The translations under genes and the position numbers were made by a program. The notes beneath the pieces are model-generated. The model had not been told where the DNA came from. It did not search any database and saw only the letters and a program-made list of their open reading frames with translations. DNA of 64,000 nucleotides from Octopus sinensis (lineage: Eukaryota), in contig NC_043007.1 of assembly GCF_006345805.1 (NCBI RefSeq), forward strand, positions 32,736,001 through 32,800,000. Reading direction: 5' to 3'. Shown here in pieces: positions 13,022-27,551 of this stretch; the stretch's first letter is position 1; each line of letters begins with the position of its first letter.

Positions 13022-14074
13022 ATCATATCACATACATACATACATACATACATACATACATACATACATACATACATACATACATACATACACACACACA
13101 TACATACATACATACATACATACATACATACTTACATACATACATACACACATACACACATACATACATACATACATACATACATACTTACACACATACA
13201 TACTTACATACATACATACATACATACATATATTCTTACATACATACATACATACATACACACATACACACATACATACATAACACAATACACACATACA
13301 TACATAGATACTTACATACTACATACATACTTACTACATACATACTACATACATACATACATACATACCTACACACATACACACACCATACATACACACA
13401 CATACACCATCATACATACAATACATACATATATACATTCTTACACAACATACATACTACACACATACACACATACATACATACCACATACACACATACA
13501 TACATACATACTTACTAATCATACTACATACTTACTACATACATGCTACAGACACCATACATCATACATACATACATACATACATACACACATACACACA
13601 TACATACATACTACCACACATACACACATACATATATACATACATACTACTACATAATAACATTCTTACATACATACATACATAACATACATACACACAT
13701 ACACACATACATACATACACACATACACACATACATACATACTTACATACCTACATACATACATACATTCTTACATACATACATACATACATACATACAC
13801 ACATACACACATACATACACAAATACACACATACATACATACTTACATACATACATACATACTTATATACATACATACATACATACTTACATACATACAT
13901 ACATACTTACATACATACATATATACTTACACACATACATACATACTTACATACATACATACATACATACTTACATACTTACATACATAATACTTACATA
14001 CATACATACACTTACATACCACTACACACATACATACTACATACATACATACACATACTTACATACACACATAC

Positions 14075-14105
<31 letters not shown>

Positions 14106-14646
14106 CTTACATGCTTACATACATAATATTACATACATACATACATACTTACATACCCACTACAACACATACATACATATTACATACTACATACATACAT
14201 ACATACATACTACATACATACATACATTCTTACATACACACATACATACTACACCATACACACATACATCATACATACTTACATACATACATACATTCTT
14301 ACATATATACCTACATACATACATCATACATTCTTACATACATACATACATACATACTACAACATACACACTACATACATACACACAACACACATACATA
14401 CATACATACTTACATACATACATACATTCTTACATACATACTACATACATACATACCATACATTCATACATACTACATACATCATACATACATACACACA
14501 TACACACATACATACATACACACATACATACATACAACATACTACATACACACTACATACATACATACATCATACACACATACAACATACATACATACAC
14601 ACATACACACATACATACATACATACTTACATACATACATACATTC

Positions 14647-14677
<31 letters not shown>

Positions 14678-14766
14678 CATTCTTACATACATACATATAT
14701 ACATACATACATACACACATACACACATACATACATACACACATACACACATACATACATACATAC

Positions 14767-14797
<31 letters not shown>

Positions 14798-15170
14798 CAT
14801 ACATACATACATACACACATACACACATACACACATACACACATACATACATACATATATACATTCTTACATAGATACATACATACATACATACACACAT
14901 ACACACATACTACTCCACATAACACACTACACACATACATACATACATACATACATATATACATTCTTACATACACCCATACATACAGACACATACACAC
15001 ATACATACATACACACATACAACATACATACTACCTACAGACATACATCATACTTACATACTACATACATCTTACATACTACATACATACATACATACAT
15101 ACACCATACACACACATACATACATACACACATACCACATACATACATACATACATACATATATACATTC

Positions 15171-15201
<31 letters not shown>

Positions 15202-17117
15202 CATACACACATACAACACACATACATACATACACATACACACATACATATACATATATACATTCTTACATACATACATACAACATACTACAACACACTA
15301 CCACATACATACATACACATACACACATACATACATACTTACATACCACATACATACATACATCTTACATACATACATACATCATACATACACACATACA
15401 CACATACATACATACACAAATACACACATACATACATACTTACATATATACATACATACATACTTACATACTACATACATACAACATACTTACATACATA
15501 CCACTTACATACATACATACATACACACATATACATACTACTTACATACATACATACATACTACTTACATACATAATACTTACATACATACATACATACT
15601 ACATACACACATACACACATACATACATACATACTTACATACATACATACATAATACATACATCATACATACATACTACATACATACATGATACCTACAT
15701 ACATACTACATACATACATACCTACATACATACATACATACATTCTTACATACATACATACATACCTACACACATACACATACATACATAAACACATACA
15801 CACATACATACATACAACTTACATACATACATACATACATACTACATACATACATACATACATACATCCATACATACATACATACATATATACATTCCAT
15901 ACATACATACATACATACATACACACATACACACATAACATACATACTACACACATACACACATACATACATACAACATATATACATTCTTACATACATA
16001 CATACACATACATACACACAGCACACATACATCATACACACATACACATACATACATACATACATATATACTTCTTACATACATACATACATACATAATA
16101 CACCATACACACATACATACATACCACATACATACATACTTACATACCTACATACATACATACATTCTTACATACATACATACATACAACATCACACATA
16201 CACCATACATACATACAGCAAATACACACATCATACATACTTACATACATACATACATACTTACATACATACATACATACATACTTACATACATACATAC
16301 ATACTTACATACATACTTACATACATACATACATACATACTTACATACTTACATACATACATACTTACATACACACATACACACATACATACATACATAC
16401 ATACATACATACATACATACATACACACATACACACACATACATACATACATACATAACAAACATACTTACACACATACATACATACATACATACATACA
16501 TACATACATACATACATACAATACATACATACATACACAACATACATACAGACATACACACAAAACACATACATACTTACATACATACTACATACATGCA
16601 TACATCATACTTCATACATAATACATACATACATACATACATACAACATACACACATAACACATCCTACATACATACATACATACACATACTACATACAC
16701 ACTTACATACATACATACTTACATACATCATACATACATACATACATACATACACACATACATACATACATACATACACATACACACATACATACATACA
16801 GACTACTTACATACATACATACATACAACACATCATATCACATACATACATACATACATACATACATACCACACATACATACATACATACTTACATACAT
16901 ACTTACTACATACATACATACATACTACATACATACATACATACAATACATACATACATACATAATCATACATACATACATACATACATACATACTACAT
17001 ACATACATACATACATACATACATACAATACATACATACATAACAGACATAACACATACATTACATACACATACATACAAACATACAATACACACACATA
17101 CATACATACATACATAT
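13022..17117. repeat. ~4.1-kb degenerate (TACA)n/(CA)n satellite
   Basis: Continuous TACA-type repeat; explains the long HTYI/YVCM ORFs. Confidence 0.97.
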
Positions 17118-17303
17118 CTGGACACGCTCCCTCTTATATAATATCTTTGATCGTTGTTTTTTTTGTGAGTGCAGGTACATTTGGTCGATATACACCTGTG
17201 GGGAAGCTCTGACGACTGTTATATATTATCTAATGGAACAAATATGTGTTTTATGTCTATGTAAATAAAAATCCATAAAGCCGAAAATATGAGTTACGTT
17301 TCG

Positions 17304-17360
<57 letters not shown>

Positions 17361-17770
17361 GGCACGTACGCATGCAAACACTCACACATACAAACACACA
17401 TATATGCAATCATATACATACATACATATATACATAAAATTATATATATGTGTGTGTGTATGTGTGTGTGTGTGTGTGCATTGCATTTATTGTATATACA
17501 TATGCATATATATATATTGCTATATTTGGGGATAGTCATACATACACACACACATACGCACATACATACATACAAACATGCATACGTGCACACACACACA
17601 CACATGTATAAATATGTATATATGTTAATTTGTTTAATTAGTGTAACAGAATGCCATAAAATGTTCCCCGGATGAAGTGTTGCGTTTCAGAATCCAAACG
17701 CACTTAGAACGCCCTCTGCAGAGGGCACTGATAACCACAATGGTGAAATGTACATAGGAAACAAATTATA

Positions 17771-18150
17771 GGCGTAGGAGTGGCTGTGTGGTAAGTAGCT
17801 TGCTTACCAACCACATGGTTCCGGGTTCATTCCCGCTGAGTGGCACCTTGGGCGAGTGTCTTCTACTATAGTCTTGGGCCAACTAAAGCCTTGTGAGTGG
17901 ATTTGGTAGACGGAAACTGAAAGAAGCCCGTCGTATATATGTATATATCTATGTGTGTGTATATGTTTGTGCATCTATGTTTGTCCCCTCAACATCGCTT
18001 GACAACCGATGCTGGTGTGTTTACGTCCCCGTAACTTAGCGGTTTGGCAAAAGAGACCAATAGAATAAGTAGTAGGCTTACAAATAATATGTCCTGGGAT
18101 CGATTTGCTCTAGCATGGCCGCAGTCAAATGACAGAAACAAGTAAAAGAA
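17771..18150 (+). mobile_element. SINE family A (tRNA head + CORE-like domain + microsatellite + 3' module; OR1/OR2-like)
   Basis: GGCGTAGGAGTGGCTGTGTGGTAAG head, GGTTC..TCCC box B, CCTTGGGCGAGTGTCTT core, GTAAAAGA tail; many copies in window. Confidence 0.85.
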
Positions 18151-18282
18151 TCGATTTTTGAAATTTTTTCAAGACTTATACACGCCCTGATACTATCGGT
18201 ATCTACATATCAAATTTGAGCGCAATAGGATGGAGGATGCCCGAGATCCTAGAAGACACCGAATTTATATAATAGATATATG
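18150..18282 (+). mobile_element. Possible Helitron/DINE-like 3' fragment
   Basis: ATCAAATTTGAGCGCAATAGGATG ... TTTATATAATAGAT ending, resembling such elements from memory only. Confidence 0.3.
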
Positions 18283-18311
18283 AATATGATATGTATCTAT
18301 ATATATATATC

Positions 18312-18349
<38 letters not shown>

Positions 18350-18721
18350 ATAGTATATATATATATATATATATATGAATCTGTGTGTGTGTATGGATAT
18401 ATATATACACACATATATATGAATTTGTATATATATGTACGCAAGCGGGCGGAATGCGAAGACAAATGCACTCTACTGTAAACCGACCATTCCCAAGAAA
18501 GTAAAATCCCTTAAACGAATAAATTCTCTGGATAAAGATAAAAAGAAAAAGTAAAACACAAGCAAAAAATAAGGAGAAAACAAACAAAATATATAAAAAA
18601 ATACACACAGCTTCCAACCCAGAATCGCTTCAAAAGAGATGGTATTGGTCTGCACTCGATTAATATCTGAAGAATGTTTGGTGTGGTTTCTTTGGGGTTC
18701 TTGCTTCTTTTGTCTTTTTTT

Positions 18722-18807
18722 ATTGCTCATGTCCATCATCATCATCATCATCATTCAGTATTATTATTATTATATTATTATTTTCGATTATTATTATTTT
18801 ATTATTA

Positions 18808-18840
<33 letters not shown>

Positions 18841-19034
18841 GATATATTATTATTTTGGGTTTTCTTCTTTCAAATTTGCTTCCATTTCTTGCCGAGTGTC
18901 TTTGCAAATTTGAAAGAAGAAGAAAAACCCATAAAATAAATAATAATAATAATAATAATAATAAAATAATAATAATATAATAATAATAATAATAATAATA
19001 AGAAATAATAATAATAATGATAGACATGAGCAAT
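18722..19034. repeat. Inverted duplication with 24-nt spacer
   Basis: GGGTTTTCTTCTTTCAAATTTGC / GCAAATTTGAAAGAAGAAGAAAAACCC, (TAT)n vs (AAT)n, ATTGCTCATGTC vs GACATGAGCAAT. Confidence 0.85.
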
Positions 19035-19379
19035 TATTATTATTATTATTATTTTTTTTTTTCCTTCTTTCTTCAAATTTTCCTCCGTTTCTCGCCGGGT
19101 GTTTTCCGTACACCTAGGGCAGAGAAGGTCATTGCATGCATTCCCAGATTACACATGCAAATTCACAGGTAAAATATGTATTTATAAAATTAATAAATAA
19201 ATAAATTCATGGATGGATATTGTTTGCACTGGGGTCGGTGTAATCGACTTATCCACTCCCGCAAGCTTGCTGGCCTCGTACCAAAATTTGAAACAACAGC
19301 AACAACAACAATAATGTATTCAAATTTTAGCGCAAGGCCAGCAAGTTTCGGGAAAGGGGTTAAGTCAATGACATCTTCC

Positions 19380-19610
19380 TCAGTGCTGGGTATTTTGTCT
19401 TGATGTCTGTTGATAAGTGTCCTTCAATCTCAAGAATCTTGCTGAAGGTTCTTAAAGAATATAGGATTTTATGTTGGTCGACAATTCGAGTTTCAGTTCC
19501 GATCTCTTTCAGTCCTTCAGGTAGCATTTTGGATATTGTGCCATGTGCACCATTACGGCAAGAATAATTGTTGTCTTCATCTTCCACAATATCACCAGCT
19601 CTCTGGCTAG
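19380..19610 (-). mobile_element. Degraded R4/Dong-type 3' end
   Basis: GAHGTISKMLPEGLKEIG...SKILEI resembles the GALGTI..NL..HL..IG..LQK..LLGTARILRKVL terminus; flanked by (AAT)n. Confidence 0.6.
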
Positions 19611-19868
19611 ATTCTGATATTTCATATAAAAGAAATCGTCATTGTTATTATTATTATTATTATTATATTATTATTATTATCTCTTTATCACTGGTTTTGT
19701 TGGAGCTCCTGGAGTCTTTGCATGCGTAGCAGGCTTAATGGAAAATAAATGTTACACAAACTTGCTCGTGGAAATTTCCTTCTTTTGTCTTTGTCACGAT
19801 CTCTTTGGTGGCCCTTAGCACATGGCTCCCCGGGCGACTGCACGAGTTGTCGGTAACTTGAGCCGGCC

Positions 19869-19915
<47 letters not shown>

Positions 19916-20061
19916 CACACACACAAATTCATTGACCCCCTATAATATATATGTGTGTGTTGTGAGAGTCTATACTCACACATATCCTTAAATAGTTCTT
20001 ATACTTTATGCGTAGGGCAAAGCATCTCCGATGTTTATTTCACCTATATATTATATATATT

Positions 20062-21090
20062 TCTTTACTACCCACAAGGGGCTAAACATAGAGGGGACAA
20101 ACAAGGATAGACAAATGGATTAAGTCGATTACATCGACCCCAGTGCGAAATTGGTACTTTATTTATCGACCCCGAAATGATGAAAGGCAAAGTCTACCTC
20201 GGCGGAATTTGAACTCAGAACGTAACGTCAGACGAAATACCACTAAGCATTTCGCCCGGGGCGCTAACGTTTATGCCAGCTCGCCGCCTAATATTATATA
20301 TTATATATCACCTATATATTATATATAAACGTTATATATTGTATATATGTGTGTATATANNNNNNNNNNNNNNNNNNNNNNNNNNNNNNNNNNNNNNNNN
20401 NNNNNNNNNNNNNNNNNNNNNNNNNNNNNNNNNNNNNNNNNNNNNNNNNNNNNNNNNNNCCCTTTTGTCTGCTTGTTTGTCCCCTCTGTCTTTAGCCCCT
20501 TGTGGGTAGTAAAGAAATGGGTATTTTGCTATGTTCTGTGTTCAAATCCCACCAAGGTAGACTTTGCCTTTCATCCTTTCTGGGTCGATAAATAAAGTAC
20601 TAGGGGTCGATGTAATCGACTTGTCCCCTCCCCCAAAGTTGCTACCCCTGAAGCAAAATTTAAAACCATTATTAATGGACAGAATTGGGCGGTGAGCTGG
20701 CAGAATCGTTAGCACGCTGGGCAAAAGGCTTAGCAGTATTTCGCCCATCGCTATGTTCTGAGTTCAAATTCCGCTGAAGTCGACTTTGTCTTTCATCCTT
20801 TCGGGGTTGATTAAATAAGTACCAGTTGAATACTGGGGTCGATGTAATCAACTCATCCTCACCTCCCCCTCAGCAAAAATTTGAAATAGTTATTAACGGA
20901 CAGAATTGTTAACTCGCCGGTCAAAATGTTTTGTGGTATTTTGTCCGCCTCTGTGTTCTGAGTTAAAATTCCAGCGAGGTCGTCTTTGCCTTTCATCCTT
21001 TCAAGGTCGATAAATTAAGTACCAGTTGCATACTGGAGTCGATCTAATCGGCTGGGCCCTTCCCTCAAAATTTCGGGCCTTGTGCCTAGA
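20062..21090. repeat. Family B SINE cluster spanning the gap (minus copy 20062-20290; plus copies 20460-21090); further clusters 22915-23300 and 32680-33080
   Basis: Repeated GTTCTGAGTTCAAAT..GCCTTTCATCC motifs. Confidence 0.78.
20360..20459. other. Assembly gap (100 N)
   Basis: Run of N. Confidence 0.99.
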
Positions 21091-21622
21091 GTAGAAAAGA
21101 TTACTGTCTGCTATGAGTTACATTACTTCTATTGCGTCACCCATCAGTTGGTGCTTCTACGGTAGACACGTTCTGGGACAATTTTTGGCCAAAACACATT
21201 TAAGTTTAGCTAAATTTATGTGATTCGTGCATGCGAGCATGTGTGTGTGTGTGTGTGTGTATTTTACATCCATATTTACATGCATACATAACGTAGTCTT
21301 ACCTATGCGTGCATGTGTAGCGCGTGTGGAGGCATGTACCTGGGTACATGTATTTAAGTATGCCAATCTATGATTTATTATCTATCTATCTATCCTCGCT
21401 GCAGCATTCGTTTTCTGTTTGATATAAGGTTTACTTCTACGTTATTGCTGAACAGCTTGGCTCTCTTTGAAGAATTTCTTCCACAGAAGTCTTAAAAGGC
21501 AGCAGGGGGCTTCGATAAAAAACATGATGTTTATTGCCAGGTTGAACATAAAATTTCTGTTTATGGGTTGTGTAATTGTGTCTAACTTTCTGTCTCTGTA
21601 TGAGCATTTATTTCCCTTACTC

Positions 21623-21654
<32 letters not shown>

Positions 21655-21655
21655 C

Positions 21656-21699
<44 letters not shown>

Positions 21700-21959
21700 T
21701 ATGTGTGTGTGTGTGTGAGTGTGTGTGTGTGTGTGTGTGTGAAGGTAAACTAGCTTGACACAGCCATAACGTTATGCTGTACTTTTAACATAAAAAAGAG
21801 AACAAGTTCAAAGAACTACGAAAGGTTTACGAAGTTTTCTTTTATCAACATGTGGAATATTTATGAGTGGGCAGCGTTTACCCATTTATCACCACGATTC
21901 TCAGATCTGAAATGTGTAGTGCTTAGTAATGCTATTTTCTGTATATTGTAGATTTCCAA

Positions 21960-22735
21960 TCACATGGTTCCGGGTTCAGTCCCACTGCGTGACACCTTGG
22001 GTAAGAGTCTTCTACTAAAGCCTCGAGCCGACCAAAGTCTTGTGAGTGGATTTGGTAGACGGAAACTGAGAAAAGTCCGTCGTATATATATAAGCTTTTA
22101 CTTCATACATGCTTGCTCAATTTGAATCATTCTCAGTCGAAAGACGCCTGTTGTTATTTCTTTATATTGTATTCATTATTGTGTACTATGTTCTCCGTTT
22201 TTTGCTTGTTATTTTTTCGTCTTTGTTGCCGTACACATTCGCTAGGTTTCTTCCAAAGGGGCCTAATGCTCTTAGCTTAGACTTTTTGTGGACAACCAGA
22301 TCGAACCATCTCAAGTGTAACTGTCCGAAATGGTCGTGACTTATGACACTTGACTGATGAAAGAAAGCCAAGAATGACCCGTCTTTTTATGCCTGCCCTT
22401 CTAATTGTTGTCTCTCTTGTCCGCCTTTGTGTCGTCTATCTGTCCGAATGTTTTAAGGCCCTCTATTGCGTTTTTGCTCTCTCTCTATATATATGTATGT
22501 ATGTATATATGTATTTATTATTTGTGTCTGTGTTTGTCCCCCTACCATTGCTTGATGATCGATGTGTGTTTACGTCCTCGTCATTTAGCAGTTTGGCAAA
22601 AAGAGATGGTTTGAATAAGTAGTAAGCTTACAAAGAATAAGTCCTGGTATTGATTTGTTAGACTAAAAGGTGGTGCTCCAGCATGGCCGCAGTCAAATCA
22701 CTGATGCAAGTAAAAGAATAAGAGAATAAAAGAAT
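21960..22735 (+). mobile_element. SINE family A halves separated by ~400 bp of other sequence
   Basis: Head/core at 21960-22090, 3' module at 22480-22735. Confidence 0.65.
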
Positions 22736-23471
22736 GGTATTTGTCCCGGCTCTTTACATTCTGGGTTCAAATCATGCTGAGGTCACCCTCACCTTTCATT
22801 TTTCTGGATTTATAAAATATAGCGCCAGTCAAGGACGAGGGCCCACAGTCCTAACTAATCTCCTTCCTTTAAGACTGCATCTAAATCAAATATCGTTATT
22901 ATTATTGTGATTAAGGCGGCGACCTGGCAGAATTGTTTACACGCCGGACTAAGTGCTTCTGAGTTCAAATTCCACTGTGGTCAACGTTGTCTTTCATCCC
23001 TTCGGGGTTGATAGAATAAGTATTAATTGTGCAGTGAGATCAATGTCAATCAATTTGCCCCTCCCCACAATTTCAGGCCTTGTGCGTATTGTAGAAAGGA
23101 TTATTATTGTTAGCGCATTGGACAAAATGCTTAGCACCATTCCCTCCTGAGTTCAAATACCACTGAGGTCAATTTTGTCTTTCGGTCTTCTGGGATCGAC
23201 AAAATAAAGCACCATTCAGTTACTGAGAGTGGTGTTCCAATGTAATTGATTTGCCCCACCCCTCAAAATTGCTCATCTTGTGTCTAAACTAGAAACAATT
23301 ATGGGTGGCCTTTTGCTTCCGTTCTCCTCCTGGAGTTTTCACTTACAGCTTGATTGATGATTAATTGATCTCCACAGCCTCATAATGCTTTTCAACGTTT
23401 CGGCTGTTATTCTGGAAATGTTCTTCCCCATTAAATAGAACACTAAATTAATTATTCTATTTTATATACAA

Positions 23472-23562
<91 letters not shown>

Positions 23563-23758
23563 TTGGCAGACGAGAATCGTTTGCTATGGGCACTGGAACT
23601 GTTAGATCACCTGATTTCGACGCATTGCATCTCTTCAGTGACAGAACCCCGCTCGCTGCATACCAGCCAAATCTCGCTGCCAGAAGAGACACAATATACC
23701 AAAATCTCTTCATTTGGCAGTTCCAGCGCACAAAGCAAACTATTCCCATCTGCAAGCG

Positions 23759-23823
<65 letters not shown>

Positions 23824-24425
23824 TGTGTGTATATGTGCGTATGCTTTTATGCACCGTGCGTCCACATGAAAGGTTCTCTCAAGCTAAATAACGTAGTATT
23901 CAGTGTTCAAACAAAGATATCCACATTATGTTGATTATAAAGATTGCTTTTGATGATACTGATTTTGTCGCGAATAGTTATTCTATTTTTATGCAGAAGG
24001 TGTCCCTGAATTTATTCTGCTTTTCATAAGAGTTGCAGTGTTGTCTTTTGCGAAGTTTCGCATTCTTTAAGTCCAGGAAAACAAACTCTTTACTCGATTT
24101 GTCTTTTATTTTTGTCTGTTGTTTATTTTTTTATTCCTTTTCTTTTCTTTCCTTTAATGTTCGCTGCTCTAATGGCATCAACAGCAAGAACTTGATCTAA
24201 AATAGGTTAAAATAACATTTACAACAACAACAACAAAAGTTGAAATATCACTTCCCCGTCTAGGTATACGCGTGCGCATGTCAGTCAGGGTGACATGCTG
24301 AGAAATTCGCATTCATAGACTCACTAAGCTGACTGATGAAACTTTGACACACACGTACACATGTAGTGTGTGTTGTATATGTATATATATATATATATAT
24401 GTATATGTATGTGTGTGTGTGTGTG

Positions 24426-24480
<55 letters not shown>

Positions 24481-24530
24481 TATGAATATATATTATATAT
24501 GTATGAATGCATATGTATGTTGGTGTGTGT

Positions 24531-24566
<36 letters not shown>

Positions 24567-24744
24567 CATATGTGTATATATATATGTATGTATGTTTGTA
24601 TACGTATGCATGTATATATATATGTGTGTATATAAAACCACAGACGCACACGTACAGACAGACGTCTGCGCAAAATGCCATTATATTGTAATGAGGTGTA
24701 ACAAACAATAACGAGACAAAGGTAATTAGTCCTTTCATCTCTAG

Positions 24745-25660
24745 GCCTGAAATTTTTGAGGAGAGAGCCAGTCGCTTACATCGATCCCAGTACGCAACTG
24801 GTACTTAATTTATCGACCTCAAAAGGATAAAAGGCAAAGTCGACCTCAGCGGTATTTGAACTCAGAACGTAATGGCAGACGAAATATCTATTTCTTTACT
24901 ACCCACAAGGAGCTAAACACAAAGGGGACAAACAAGGACAGATAAATGGATTAATCGATTATATCGACCCCAGTGTGTAACTGGTATTTATTTAATCGAC
25001 CCCGAAAGGATAAAAGGTAAAGTTGACCTCGGCGGAATTTGAACTCAAAACGTAAAAACAGACGAAATACCTATTTCTTTATTGCCCACAAGGGGCTAAA
25101 CACAGAGGGGACAAACAAGGACAGACAAACGGATTAAGTCGATTATATCGACCCCAGTGCGTAACTGGTACTTATTTAATCGACCCCGAAAGGCTAAAAG
25201 GCAAAGTCGACCATGGTGAAATTTGAACTCAGAACGTAAAAACACGAAATATCTATTTCTTTACTACCCACAAGGGGCTAAACACAGAGGGGACAAACAA
25301 GGACAGACAAACGGATTAAGTCGATTATATCGACCCCAGTGTGTAACTGGTACTTAATTTATCGATCCTGAAAAGATAAAAGGCAAAGTCGACCTCAACG
25401 GTATTTGAACTCAGAACGTAATGGCAGACGAAATATCTATTTCTTTACTACCCACAAGGAGCTAAACACAGAGGGGACAAACAAGGACAGATAAATGGAT
25501 TAAGTCGATTATATCGACCCCAGTGCGTAACTGGTACTTATTTAATCGACCCCGAAAGGATGAAAGGTAAAGTCGGAATTTGAACTCAGAACGTAGCGGT
25601 AGACGAAATACCGCTAAGCATTTCACCTGGCATGTTAATGTTTCTGCCATGCTCGCCAGC
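24745..25660 (-). repeat. Head-to-tail array of five family B SINE units, period ~183 bp
   Basis: Junctions at ~24888, 25071, 25253, 25437; only the last unit keeps the tRNA head. Confidence 0.9.
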
Positions 25661-27146
25661 TTGAGACGAAGGTAAATAATGAAGGTACCTTTACAGACAG
25701 CACACAACGACGACGACGACCACCGCCACCACCACCTCTTGTAATAAGCACTCAGATATTTGCACATAAAATACCTTTGTTGCACCTGTCTGCTTCTAAT
25801 ATACGACTGGTTGAAGGTAAATTAGAGTGAGCTTGTGCAGAGATTGCAGCTGGCACCTTTCTTCTGATCTACCGTTGCCACCCATTAAGAAATGTCTGCT
25901 ACTGAATTCTGATTGTAGGCCAAGGATTTCGACAATATTTTCTGGAACCACCCTAATAAATAATTTTGTTTTTGTATTTCTTTTGTCAGATTCTCGATGT
26001 GAAACAAATTCTGTGCTGGTTAGACAACCGATTGATTGCTTAACCAGCATATTAAACAATCAATCGATTAGGTTGTTTGATATTTAACCGATTGACTTAC
26101 TATAAAGAAGTGATATTGAACCAGTCTGTGTGTTTATTTTTATTGGCGTTATGACCCTCCCAAGGCACACCAAGAATAATAAAATAGTCTACTATTTAAT
26201 ACTTTGTGTTTCTTTTCTGTTTTGTTTTGTTTTGTTTCTTTCAGTTTTTATTGGATTGTCAGATAACTTTTGTTTCGAATATTATTCGAATTAACACGAA
26301 AAATATTGGTTTCAAATTTTAGCACAAGGTGCAATTCGGCAGTGGTGGAGAGGTGAATCGATTACATCAACCCCAGTACTAACTGACCCTTATTTTATCA
26401 ACTCTGAAAGGATAAATGGGACCAAACACGAAACTACGTGGTTACAAAGCGAGCTTCTTAATCACCCGACCCTCAGGTGGTGACTTATAGCACCTTTAGA
26501 GGTTATTGGCTCCCAAACGAAACAATCATTGATTCATTGATTATCTAACAGAAGCTGTGACAAGGGAGAGTCTGTAAGCACGATGCAGAACAAATATCAC
26601 AAAGAACTTTGTTCACCAAGAACTGTCTTTTTTTCTTTTCTGTTTTTCTCGTCTGTGTTTAATTTAAAAGAAACAGATGAGGTGATGTCGGGGTCTCTAC
26701 GCAGAAGCGCGATCTGCTGTAAATAAAAACCTAATTTCTCTAAAACCAAGCCTCCTTCTCTTAAAAAAAATATACATTAGATAATTTAGGCTTAAATACA
26801 CTGTACATGATAGTCACGGCTGGAGCGTCTTTAATCATAGCTTTCTTTTAAAACTATGTTTTGAGTCTTGGACTCATAAAGTCGGTTTCCTTGTTTCCAA
26901 AGTCTAACAGTTCTTGCATTGGGAAGATGCTTTCTACACAACTTGTGAGGGTGCTTAGAGCTCTAAATCAATGGTTGACCGAATCAGAGAGATTCTGAGG
27001 GATGTAATACAGTAACGTCTCGCCATATCGCGGTTCATCTATCATGGTTTATTATTTAAGATAACGTCAATTCCTCCGTGGTGTTGTTTTGCATTTGTGA
27101 TAAAATAAATATATGCAAATTATAAAAATAAAAAAAATACAGTACA

Positions 27147-27551
27147 GGTGCAGGAGTGGCTGTGTGGTAAGTAGCTTGCTTACCAACCACATGATTCTGG
27201 GTTCAGTCCCACTGCGTGGCATCTTGGGCAAGTGTCTTCAGCCTTGGGCTGACCAAAGTCGTGTGAGTGGATTTGGTAGACGGAAACTGAAAGAAGCCCG
27301 TCGTATATATGTATATATATATGTATGTGTGTGTATATGTTTGTGTGTCTGTGTTTGTCCCCTCAACGTTGCTTGACGACTGATGCTGGTGTGTTTATGT
27401 CCCCGTAACTTACCGGTTCGGCAAAAGAGACTGATGGAATAAGTATTAGGCTTACAAAGAATAAGTCCTAGGGTCGATTTGCTCGACTAAAGGTGGTGCT
27501 CCAGCATGGCCACAGTCAAATGACTGAAAAAAGTAAAAGAGTAAAAGAGTA
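27147..27551 (+). mobile_element. SINE family A, full length
   Basis: Collinear with 17771, 49684 and 63605 copies; (GTAAAAGA)n tail. Confidence 0.88.

Noticed and set aside
13018-17141. Long ORFs up to 526 aa (HTYI/YVCM repeats)
   Set aside because: Stop-free translation of the (TACA)n satellite; no coding signature.
17711-17726. Perfect 16-bp palindrome GCCCTCTGCAGAGGGC (also GAGACGCCGTCTC near 8619)
   Set aside because: Isolated short palindromes with no supporting context.
24745-25660. CRISPR-like array
   Set aside because: Units are ~183-bp SINE copies without unique spacers; eukaryotic context.
25796-26780. Possible exons (minus VVPENIVEILGLQSEF...; plus DEVMSGLYAEARSA at ~26690)
   Set aside because: Opposite strands, weak splice signals, no recognisable homology.
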